64,000 bases of DNA from Podarcis tiliguerta (taxonomy: Eukaryota). Below the pieces are notes generated by a model, which saw nothing but the letters and a program-made list of their open reading frames with translations, made no database searches and was not told the origin of the DNA. Both the position numbers and the translations under genes were made by a program. This document shows positions 50,321-62,039 of the stretch, piece after piece (the stretch's first letter is position 1; the number at the start of each line of letters is the position of its first letter). The DNA is taken from NCBI GenBank assembly GCA_965153285.1, contig OZ229116.1; one strand, 5' to 3'.

Positions 50321-52678
50321 CGTTGCACAGAGCAGATCCTGCTGCTTCCCATTCTCCACAATGGAAGGAATACCAGGACTGAAAACCATCAGATCATTTT
50401 TGGCACCAGGCTCCCCACTCGCAGCTGCCAGGATGTGGCTGTGGCGATTTGAATATGACCAGCTGCCCACCTCACTGGCACAAACCAGTGTGGCTGTGCC
50501 AGGGCCATACATCACGGGCTCCTTGGGTTGACACTGACATCGCAGAGCCATGTATACTATAATCACAAGCAGGAACAAGCTGGATACTGAGCAGATAGCA
50601 ACAATCAGGTAGATGTTGACATTGTCCACCAATGGCTTTGGACTCCCTCCCATTCTAGGAAGGTGAGCATCTCTATGGATTACCTGAGTGCTTGCCACAA
50701 ACGACACACTCAATGTGGCTGTAGTGGACAGTGCTGGCTTGCCGTGATCCTTCACAAGCACTAGTACACTCTGGCTGCTGCTGCTGCCCTCCATGTCATC
50801 CAGGGCACGTGTTGTACTAATCTCACCACTGTACAGCCCCACACGCCAGGGGCCTCTGGTTGCCTCATGCAGTTCATAGCGCAGCCATGCATTATAGCCT
50901 GAGTCAGCATCCAGGGCATGGACCTTGCCCACCACATGTCCAGCCAAGACAGGGGCTACCAGCAGAGCAAGGGACGCCTCTTCTGGCCTAGATACCGCAG
51001 GCACATTATCATTCTCATCCACCACAAAAACTTGTATTGTGACGTTGCCACATAAAGGGGGGAACCCAGCATCCTTGGCTCTCACCTGGAACTCCAGCAG
51101 CTTCACCTCCTCATAGTCCAAGGGCTGCAAAGCATAGACCTTTCCACTCTCCGAGTGCACTGAGATGTAGCTTGACAATGACCAAAGCTTCTCATCCAGC
51201 CAGTAGCTGACAAGGGCATTCTCACCTAAGTCTGGGTCTAAGGCGGACACTGTGAAGACGTGAGCACCAGGTGGATTATTCTCTTTCACAAAGACAGTGT
51301 AGGAAGGCTGAGGAAAAGTAGGTGCATTGTCATTCACATCACCAATGGGCACCACAAGGCTGCTGCTAGCTGACAGTGATGGAGTCCCTTGGTCTTGGGC
51401 TGTCACCACCAGTCTGTATTCAGCCACCTCTTCACGGTCCAGGGATTCAGCCAGCACCAATGAGTAGTAATTCTTATAGGTAGATACCAGCTTGAAAGGA
51501 AGCACAGTGGGCCACAGAGAGCAGGTCACTTGTCCATTGACCCCAGAATCCCTGTCTGAGACACTGATTGAGGCTATGACTGTCCCCAGTGAAGAATCCT
51601 CTGGAACTGGTACCAACAGGAAAGTCACTGACACCTCTGGAATATTATCATTCACATCCAGAATTTTTATTAAAACCTTGCAGTGTCCAGACAAGGGGTT
51701 ACCACCTTTATCTGTTGCTTCTGCTCGAATTTCATACGAATTAGTGTCCTCGTAATCCAATTCATTATTCAGTATAATTTGCCCAGTATTTGGATCTATC
51801 CTAAACATGGTACTTAATTTAGGTGGAATTACACTACGAATAGAGTAAGTAATGTCTCTATTAATGCCATCATCCACATCAGTGGCATTGAGCTTAACCA
51901 CTGACGTCCCAAGGGAAGCATTTTCTAACATTTGTACCTTGTACACTGACTGGTTAAAGACGGGAGGGTTATCATTCACATCAAGCACTGTGATCACCAG
52001 CTGAACTGTTCCCGTTAGCGCAGGTTGGCCACCGTCCGTGGCTGTGAGCAGCAAGCGATGCACAGAAATATCTTCTCTGTCTAACGGCTTTGTTATTACA
52101 AAGCCTAAGGAATTATCCTCACTGCTCCTTCGGAAATCTAACATGAAATGTTCACTGGGGCTGAGGTGGTAAGTTAACTGTGCATTTGTACCAACATCTG
52201 CATCTAAAGCTCCCTCTAGAGGGAAAACGGATCCTGCAATTCTTGATTCTAGAATAGACAGATTTTCCTCACTTGCTGAGAAAACAGGGGCATTGTCGTT
52301 TATGTCTGCAATCTCCACGTCCACATGGAAGACAGTCAGGGGTTTATCCACAATCACCTCCAGGTGGATGGAGCACAAAGGGCTCTTGCTACAAAGCTCC
52401 TCCCTGTCCATCCTAGAATTCACAAACAAGATTCCATTTTGCACATTTACCTCTAAATAATCCTTGTGCTCTTTGGAAGCTATCCTGAACATCCGAGGCA
52501 CCAGCTCACTCACCTCCAGCCCCAGGTCCTGGGCGATGCGGCCCACAAAGGTGCCATGCTGGGATTCCTCCGGCACAGAATAATGGAGCTGGCCGCTCCC
52601 CATCTCCCAGGCTGTGTGAAGAAGGACCAACTGCAGCAGCTGCTTCCTCATCGAGTAGTCTCTCCGAGGAACAACCAT
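50321..52678 (-). CDS. PCDHA: Protocadherin-alpha variable exon V7
   Basis: ORF 50237-52678; donor ACG|GTTAGT after 50321 (2358 nt, phase 0). Confidence 0.95.
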
Positions 52679-52855
52679 CTCAAATATATTCCTTTGAATC
52701 CCCCTCCGTTATGTGCAATATTGGAGTGGGGGGAGGTGGTTAATCCAGCTTGCTATTACCCTTTGTGCTCCTTCACTTTAGGTGCTGCCTATTCTCTGAT
52801 GACAGCAAAGAGGAGGAGCTCTCCTAGGAGTCTGCACGGGGTATTTAACAGTAAA

Positions 52856-52870
52856 GAGTGACACCCTGTG
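52856..52870 (-). promoter_or_regulatory. V7 promoter CSE / CTCF site (CpG-free variant)
   Basis: CACAGGGTGTCACTC, 178 bp upstream of the ATG. Confidence 0.75.
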
Positions 52871-53610
52871 AAGAGATTTAAAAATGCAATTCTTGCAATA
52901 TTTGGTTGGGCTTTTTTGTTTTCTGGTGTTCTGTATTCTTCTAGTTTTCTTATGCTTCTTTAAATGTATGTGAAGATAGTCATATTTATCTTTGTAATGA
53001 TTTGACAGAAGATTTATGTGTATATGGATATATAATTACTCCTGTGTGGCAGCAGTTTTTTAAGATCACATTCCTGCCTTTGAGAGTTTCCATTCTTAAA
53101 AGTTTGTGTTGTACAAAGGTGAGTATGTTTACATTTGTATTAAAGAAAGATGATTCACTTTAATAGTGGGGGAGAAAGTGGGGGTAGAGATGAAAGAAAA
53201 ATGGGAAATGTGAGAAAAAGAAGCACTATGGCCATGATAGACCAAGTGGAACATTGCTACTTTCCAAAAAGATAATAGCATGAGAGCCAAAAATCAGAGG
53301 TTCCCCAAACTACCGAAGAGGATACAGTGGGTGTACCTTTTCTTCACCGTTCTTATTTACATACTTTTGCGCCATATTGCTTCTGAGCACAAATCTTTTG
53401 CTTTATTCTTCAGGTGGATACACTAACAGTATGATAACACACTTTATTTGTGCATTCTGTGGCGTCCGATTTGGGTATGTGCTGTGTCAAGAATCTGTAT
53501 AATATACAAATAAGACTTCTGGATCTAAGATCTCTCGTGAAAGGAGGTATCCCTCTTATTTGTGTTTTGCTGTTTTAGACCATGCAGATAATATGCCAGA
53601 TGATATGCTT

Positions 53611-54000
53611 GCTGTTGTTTAGTCGTTTAGTCATGTCCTACTCCTGTCTTCCATTACCTCCCACAGTTTGGTCAAACTCATGCTGGTAGCTTCGAGAACA
53701 CTGTCCAACTATCTCATCCTCTATCGTCCCCTTCTCCTTGTGCCCTCAATCTTTCCCAACATCAGGGTCTTTTCCAGGGAGTCTTCTCTTCTCATGAGGT
53801 GGCCAAAGTATTGGAGCCTCGGCTTCAGGATCTGTCCTTCCAGTGAGCACTCAGGGCTGATTTCCTTAAGAATGGATACGTTTGATCTTCTTGCAGTCCA
53901 TAGGACTCTCAAGAGTCTTCTCCAGCACCATAATTCAAAAGCATCCATTCTTCGGCGATCAGCCTTCTTTATGGTCCAGCTCTCACTTCCATACATCACT
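53611..54000 (-). mobile_element. RTE-BovB LINE 3' fragment
   Basis: MYGSESWTIKKADRRRMDAFELWCWRRLLRV..LQYFGHLMRREDSLEKTLMLGKIEG (ORF 53721-53999). Confidence 0.9.
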
Positions 54001-54149
54001 AGTAATTTGAATTGCTAACTCTTGAATGGTGTGCTAATGAATTTGTTGCTGTTTTCATTCTGTTTGCTCTGCCAGTGTCTAGCCTGGGCTTCAAGAACAG
54101 TAAAACTTAATTATGGCTGCCAGTTTGTGAGTGATGTGGTTGAGCATGT

Positions 54150-55090
54150 TTAGACATTGATGTTATCACATATAGCTTTGTTCTGGTTTTGCAGATCCAC
54201 ACATATCCATTGCCAGAAGAGCTTTGCTTTTCTACTGCAACCATGTAAAGGTCCTTCAGCCTTCTCATTTATGCTTTGCTGCTCCATAGGCTGAAGTTCC
54301 TTCTTCGTCTTCCATGTGATGGCGAGGGGCAACCACTGCTGTGCGTGAACACAATCCTGTGTTTGAAACTAGTTTGACTTTGAGTCATCCCAGGAAACAT
54401 CTTAGATCCACAACCAAGTCAAGAAATCATTTGAGAATTTGTAAGTCAGTTCTAATCTCAGTAAGATTTTTAAAATCAAGTTTAGGGGTGGTAGGTCCTT
54501 CAGTCCCAATAGTGGCATAGCTGGTTTATCTGGAATATTATGATCTAGAGCCCAGCATCTTTCATTGTACCTATTTATGACACTACACGTCTCTATCACC
54601 TGGAGAGGACGACCCATGTAGTCTCCTGTTTTCACTTATACAATGTTAGTTTTATGTCCTAAGATATTCTACTGCATTTCTCTTAGGGACTGAGTTTACA
54701 GCTCCGGTGTTCATCTCTTTTTTTACTGGTGCTTCCTTGAGTCTTGTGTGCATTGTGACAAATGTTTTCTCCATTCCTAAACACTGTGTGTGGGTGTCTG
54801 TAGGCAAGCTGCAGTGTTGCATCTTGGGAGAGTCCTGGATGCCCTTTGCTTGCCTGCCTGCTTGCACAACATGCTATTGCAAATAAGTTTGCTTATGGTA
54901 CTTCCTACGTATCTTCCATAGAACTGGGTGTTCATCTTGTGTTAGATGGTGTGAGGTACATCTCTTGCAAACATGGAGAGTTTATGTGTTTAATGAGAAT
55001 GTTGCTATTGCCTTCTTGCATGATTTGGCAGGAGGTTTGGCTTGTGAGGGAAGATCACATTTCTCAGAGGCAAGAGAGTCCATGTGGATG
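54150..55090 (-). mobile_element. Degraded Penelope-like element (GIY-YIG endonuclease relic plus 3' region)
   Basis: Decayed C..C..G..K..T.HTRLKE motif (ORF 54652-54867) followed downstream by a degenerate hammerhead-like motif at 54366-54394. Confidence 0.5.
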
Positions 55091-55632
55091 AGAAAATAGG
55101 TTTAAGAATGGAAAACGTGGAGTTGGGGTTTTAATAATGTGTGCTCTTATGTATCTAATATAGAGTTTTTATACATTTAAAATATTTCATTAACAACTGA
55201 GATGAAGTAGGCTAACTGGGTTCCGGACGCTATTGCAAAAACATAATTACTACAATATTATTTCAAACAGCAATGCTGCCCAATATCTTTAAATCTCTTT
55301 TCCTGATCAAAGCTCAAGGCATTCTGCAAAGCTCAGCGTATTCTTTGATTTCCTGGTCAGAGCTCAAAATATTCTGCATGACTATATATTCAAGTAACAT
55401 GTTTTATAATGAGCAGAAATTATTCCATCAAGTTGTGTTTTGTGCTGGAATTCCCTGACCCAGGTGGCTAATCTATAACCAAAGCTATATTACTCTTCTA
55501 CCACCAAGAAAACGAACAAACAGGTCATTTTTAAACATTGAAATCATGCTATTATATCCAAGTGAGTATTGGAAACATACTCCCAAGACAGGTACATCAC
55601 ATGACAAACTGAAATGAATAGTAGAGACTCAC

Positions 55633-58002
55633 CTGCCCAGATGAATTAGGGACCACCTCCGTCATAATCCCTACATCTCCATTCTCTGCAAAGACAGGAA
55701 TGTTGGGGCTGAAAACCATGAGATCACTTTTGGCTCCAGCCTCTCCACTCACTCCTGCCAAAATGTGGCTATGGCGATTTGAGTAAGACCAACTGCCCAC
55801 TTCACTTGCACACACCAGCGTGGCTGTGCCGGGCCCATACACCATTGTCTCCTCTGCTTGCCTCTGGAATCTCTGAGCCACATATAAGATGACTGCAAGC
55901 AGGAACAAGCTGGACACTGAGCAGATGGCAATGATTAGGTAGATGTTGACATTGTCCACCAGGGGTCCTGAACCACCTCCCATCCTGGGAAGATGGACAT
56001 CATCGTGGAACATCTGGGTGTTTGCCACCAGAGACACACTCAATGTAGTTGTTACTGATCGCGGTGGCTTTCCATGGTCCTTCACCAACACCAGCAAACT
56101 ATGGCTGCTGCTGCCCTCTGCCTCATTCAGGGCACGTCTGGTACTTATCTCACCACTGTACAGTCCCACTTGCCAGGGGCCACTGGTCAATTCATGCAAC
56201 TCGTAGCGTAGCCATGCATTATAGCCTGAGTCAGCATCCAGGGCATGGATCTTGCTTACTAAGTGGCCAGCCATGACAGGGACCACCAGCTTGACAGGGG
56301 CCTCCCCTTGTCCAGATACTGTTGGGTCATTGTCATTGTCATCCACCACAAACACCTGCACTGTCACATTGCTGCACAACGAGGGCAGCCCAGCATCCTT
56401 GGCCCTCACCTGGAATTCCAGCAACTTCATCTCTTCATAGTCTAAGGACTGCAGTGCATAGATCTTGCCACTTTCTGAGTGCACCGAGATGTAGCTTGAC
56501 AGCGACCAGAGCTTCTCATCAAGCCAATAGCTGACTAGGGCATTCTGAGCCATGTCTGGATCTGAGGCAGACATTGTAAAGATATGGGCACCAGGTGGAT
56601 TATTCTCCTTCACAAAGACCGTATAGAATGGCTGAGCAAAAGCAGGTGCATTGTCATTCACATCACTAATGGGCACCACTAGACTGCTACTTGCTGATAG
56701 TGATGGGGCTCCTTGATCCTGGGCCACAACCACCAGTCCATACTCAGCCACCTGCTCTCGATCCACAAGTTCAGCTAGCACTAGTGAGTAGTAATTTTTG
56801 AAGGTGGGCACCAGCTTGAATGGAAGCCCAGTGGGCCACAGAGAGCAGCTCACTTGCCCATTGGATCCGGAATCCTTGTCTGAGACGCTGATCAGGGCTA
56901 CCACTGCCCCTGGTGAGGAGTCTTCAGGCAAAGGCACCAGCATGGACTTCAATGACATCTCAGGAGCATTGTCATTTACATCTAAAATTTCAATAAGGAT
57001 AGTGCAGTGCCCAGACAAAGGTGGGCTACCTCTATCTTTTGCCTCAATCTCAACATTATACATATTAATATCTTCAAAATCCACTTTCCCTTTTACCCTG
57101 ATTTCACCTGTATCCGACTGTATACTAAATATATTGGAAGGAACATTATTACTGAAGGAGTAGGTGATTTCCTTATTAGTTCCTTCATCTAAGTCTGTTG
57201 CATTGAGATGAATAACCAACGTTCCATCTGCCACATTTTCTAACAATTTCACCTTATAAACAGATTGATTAAATACAGGTGCATTGTCATTTGCATCCAT
57301 CACAGTGATCTCAAGGTGGACTGTGCCTGTGAGTTCTGGCTGACCCCCATCAGTAGCTGTTAGCACTAAACGATGCACAGGGATTTTCTCTCTGTCCAGA
57401 GGTTTATTTAAAACAAGTGCCAATGATACACTCTGCTGGTCATTTATTTTTTCTTCAACAGCAAAATATTCTGTGGAATTAAGCTTGTACTTCAGCTGAG
57501 CATTAACACCAACATCCGCATCTGATGCTCCCTTCAGAGGAAAACGTGTACCAGGCAGCATTGATTCTGCAACACTGAGGGACTGTTTACTTTCCAAGAA
57601 AACAGGAGAATTGTCATTTATGTCCTTGATTTCCACCTCTACATGGAAGACCCTCAGAGGCTTGTCCACAATCACCTCCAGGTGAACAGGGCACAAAGGG
57701 CTCTTGTTACACAGCACCTCCCTGTCTATCCGGGAATTAACAAACAAAATCCCATTCTGGACATTTACCTCAAAAGAGTCCCCATGATCTTCAGACTCCA
57801 TCCGGAACATCCGAGGCATAAGCTCCTCCACCTCCAGCCCCAGATCCTGGGCGATGCGGCCCACGAAGGTGCCATGCTGGGATTCCTCAGGCACGGAATA
57901 ATGGAGCTGGCCGCTCCCCACCATCCAGGCTGTGTGAAGCACAATCAGCTGCAGCAGCTGCCTTCTCCCCACTGAAGAAGAGTCTCCCCATGGAGCAACC
58001 AT
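55633..58002 (-). CDS. PCDHA: Protocadherin-alpha variable exon V8
   Basis: ORF 55597-58002; donor CAG|GTGAGT after 55633 (2370 nt, phase 0). Confidence 0.95.
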
Positions 58003-58194
58003 CTCAGAAATATTTCATATAACTCCCCTCTTTTATGAAATATATCTGGGGAAAACATTAAAAGAATCTAAATCCAGACTGCTGATATACCTTTTCTTCC
58101 TCCAATTATAGGAACGGGAATGATCTCTGGTGATGACAAAGCAGTGGGAGAGCCTTTTGTTCCCCTTTTATTCGCATCAAGTTACTTAAGCAGA

Positions 58195-58209
58195 GAGCGA
58201 CATCATGCG
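58195..58209 (-). promoter_or_regulatory. V8 promoter CSE / CTCF site
   Basis: CGCATGATGTCGCTC, 193 bp upstream of the ATG. Confidence 0.8.
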
Positions 58210-58517
58210 ACTAGATAGGAAAGTACAGTAGATGTTTATATTGTGTGTAGTTTTGGAGAATGCTTCATGTCACCAATTTATTTAGTAAAATGAAAATCAA
58301 GTTCAAATGAATGATAAACAAGATGTTTTTCTTGAAAATGTATTTAATATATTCAAAATGTATATTTTCATTTGCTGGTGAATATGGCTGGTTAAATACA
58401 CTTGCCTCATCATTGAATGTTTCCCCCTTTTATACCAACATATGACGCACGTTGGCACCAGTAGCATCTTTCACTGCTTGGAGATCAGCATGTGCATAAC
58501 AATACTGTCCTGTATTT

Positions 58518-58702
58518 GGGAGGGCCTAGAGTAGCTCAGTCACAGAGCACCTGCTCTGCATGCAGAAGGTGCCAGATTCAATCTGCAGCATCTCCAGGAA
58601 GGGCTGGGAACAGCCCCTGTCTAGAACCCTAGAGAACCACTGCCAGTGAGCTAGACAGATTGTTGGGTCTAATTCAGTTATAGGCAACTTCCTGTGGTCC
58701 TA
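58518..58702 (+). mobile_element. tRNA-derived squamate SINE (Squam3-like)
   Basis: TAGCTCAGTC..AGAGCACCTGCT..GCATGCAGAAGGT..GATTCAATC..GCATCTCCAG head and a CTTCCT..TCCT tail. Confidence 0.6.
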
Positions 58703-58899
58703 TGACCTATGACACACATTTATTATTTTTCTTCCCAGCAGTTCTGGAGCTTCCTTGAGTGAAGAACTGATATTCTGATATTCCATGCCACTTTCTATTA
58801 GGATTTCCAATAGTTATTTAGGAATGCTATATGGCAATTCAGGATAATGACATATTTCTGCATTGTGGTTGCCAGAACAGAGCACAGCTATAGTGCTTA

Positions 58900-61330
58900 T
58901 TTACCTTATTTCATTATATTTGTATTTCTCCCTTCATTGCACAGAGTGAACAGAATTCTTGCCTTTAAAGGGAGAGAGATGTAGAATGCAGCTGGCCATG
59001 CTGCTTTAGGCAATGTTACCAGTTAGAGGCTTATTTAAGAAGGCTGTGCTTTTGCCACCTCTTATGAAGTGAGGTTTTAACCTTCTCAATCATCCCACTG
59101 TTGGCAGAGCTGGACTAGCTGGTTTCCATGTGGGGCAGTTTTGAAGTTCCCATTTCACATTTGCCAGAGGAAGAGCTCTTTTGCACAGCTTAGCTCTGGC
59201 AGGCAGCTGAGTGGTTCAGACAGACATTCCAGTAGTTCCAGGTAGTTTTAGGTCTGTTATTTCTTCCGAAGCCTCGCTGGGCAAATCAATAAGTTTTGAC
59301 CTGGTGCTGAATGACTGCAACATTGGCACCTACTTTTCTCAAGTCAAGGAAGAAAGACTGCTAAGGAAAAGAGCAGTTATCAGCACCACTTTATCTAAAC
59401 ACCAGTTCTTCTAGGCTTGCAATTCCATGAGGCTCTTTTCTATTATTTTCTTCTTCATGGTCACCTGCTCTCTGTAACTAGCTCATACGCATTACCTCAC
59501 TTTGAGAGCACATTGCTAGAATTCCTTGATCAATGACACCAACAACCGCATGAACAAAATATGAACTTCATGGCAGAGCAGGAATTGGATCTAAGGCTGA
59601 GAGCAGATTGCAGTTTTTTACAGAGATGTGAAGACAATATGATAGAACTATGAATATGAATATGTCCATGTGGACCATTCCCTGGTAAGAACCCAGATGA
59701 AAAATCAGAATGCTGTCCCTCGTGCGGAAGATGGCAACTTAAATCCTCATTATGGTGCAGGTCATGAGATTGCAATAGATGTTGGATTCCATGTTTTGAA
59801 AGGGACACAAGCCCCCATTGGAAATCTTTTGCCCAGTGCCTTTATCTGAAAGTGTATACTGTATCTTCAAGTTCCAGACTGGTAGTCATGTTCTGGTATT
59901 CAGCTAATATATGAATAGCAACTTTCATAAACCAATGTGAGAACACTTTCCTAGGACATTCTGCTGCTCATCTTAAAGTTTCCATTTTTCAACAAAATAA
60001 TTTTGAGGGATGGCTCCAGTGTGAAATTGCTGAAATGGAATGTCTTACTAAGCCAAACTTGAAGGATGTGGCACCTCATCTTGCCATTCTCCACAGTATC
60101 TCTATATTATCAGACCTACAAAGCTCCCAACAAAGACTAACTCCACACATTTATTAGAATTGAGATATTGATCACATTGAGCATTTTCCTTCACCTTGTC
60201 CATCTTTAGGCACACCACCAAATACCTTTGTGGATAATTCCCATTGTGTGATCTGCGTCCAGTATGAATTGTTTTCATTCTTCAAAATCCAGAGCACCTT
60301 CCACCTTTACATCTGCAGAAGTCTAGTCTACTAGAAATATTGATTAACAAATCTCATTGCATTGTTGCTCTCCCAATCACTTCCATGTTCTTTGTCCATA
60401 TCTGCTGCGTTGATCAGAAGTTCCCAAGTAAACTGAAGATATTCCAGTCAAACCCAGGAGTGTTCTCACTGGAATGCAGTGCAATAATGTGCCAGACCTT
60501 TGAGAAGACCTGACATCTCTTACTATTTACTGGAAACTTCAAATGGTATCTGTCTTTCTCTAACAACTTTTCAAAAGCTAAAAATAGCATATTATTCTGT
60601 CCACCACAGTGCTCTACCTTCTCATTTGTTTATACTTTTTAACAATTTGCAAATGGGGCACTCACTATTACCAATTCAGTTCTGAGAAGCAATATCTCTT
60701 TTAGAGGGAAACTGTGTGACTTTATCGTCAATACTGAGGATTTCTATGTCCAGATAATACAATGCAAGAAGATTTTCAATCCGAAGCTCAAATTTTAGTA
60801 CTTAACTTACTGTCTGACCACGCAGCTCCTCTGTTGTCCACTATCATGCACTAAGCTGCAAATCCAGATGTTTTCTTGCATTTAACAACACAATAGGCAG
60901 TTTGTCAGCTGTTAGGTTTCTGGCATCCTCTTCTGCAATAGACTCACTGGCAATACAGGGCTCCAAATCCTCTGGGATCCAGCAGCAAGCTTCTCTGGCT
61001 AGAGAGACGCACACTATGGCAATGCACAGAAAACCGAATGGCAGCCATAAGCCCGACATATTAGATTGCCTGGTTTTTTGTAGCAACAGAAAAACAGAGG
61101 TTTGCAGTATAATAATTTCCTTCTTCTGCTAGCACTATTCTCTTGCTATTTCTGTCTCTAGCTATCCATCAGAACAGCACGCAAATTCTGCACTCAAATT
61201 CTACGAAAATACAATCGTTTCGCTCTTCTTTCAGCTTGACTTCTGAGCCATTAAAAGATTCCCTTTGCCAGAGTGGCTGGTTCTTCCTTTCCAGTCGTGG
61301 ACAACAGCAACACCTAGCGTCTAGATCACT
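58900..61330 (-). mobile_element. Heavily degraded LINE 5' part (ORF1 plus AP-endonuclease; possibly RTE-X-like)
   Basis: Residual WNI motif (about 60432-60452) and a GDFN-like segment (about 60120); no intact ORF; boundaries and clade uncertain. Confidence 0.4.
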
Positions 61331-62039
61331 GCTGTGCTCCAGACACTGCAAACAGCGATGCTCAATGTCGCTTAGATGATGTCACAGGTTTTAGGCTACT
61401 GCGAATGAGCAACAATCTGCTCTGGCATTATAATCTATGAACTACTTTTACAAAGCTCTATCCTTGGTTTATTAATAACCAGCTTGTATAGTCATTATTC
61501 TATATAGAGTGAGTGCTTTGCACCCCACCCCCTACTTTTTAAGTTTTCCTCCTTGCCTTTGGTAACTTTCAGTAATGCTCTGATGTAGTGGACTCAGGGC
61601 TTTCTGCATTAGAACTGCACCATGGGACAATCTTGTACTAAAGTATGCTGAAGGTGTCCATCAAGAACTCGTTTTGTTCAACACAAGTTATGCTCCTTAA
61701 TTCACCAAAGGTGCATATACTATGTGTAGAAATGATTTGATTTCATATTTTACAGCTGGATAAATTATATATGAAAATTAATTTATTATATCCGGTAAAC
61801 ACATTTAAATGTATTATCTCTAGAATTATAATGTATTTTAAAAAGTCAATATGCCCAAATGGAACCTATTTTTAAATATGTTGCATGGGGGTGGTCCTGC
61901 ATATATCGTTGGCACTGTTCTTTTATGCATTGTCCTTTTATTATTATTTAGATTATTTGAATTTAATTATATCCTTACAAAAACTATTCAGATATGATGC
62001 ACATTGGGACAAAATTGTAGCCTCGTGTATTCATTGATG

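Noticed and set aside
61169-61351. ECRIC peptide suggesting a RING finger
   Set aside because: A stop follows immediately, the remaining RING ligands are absent, and it lies in probable LINE ORF1 debris.
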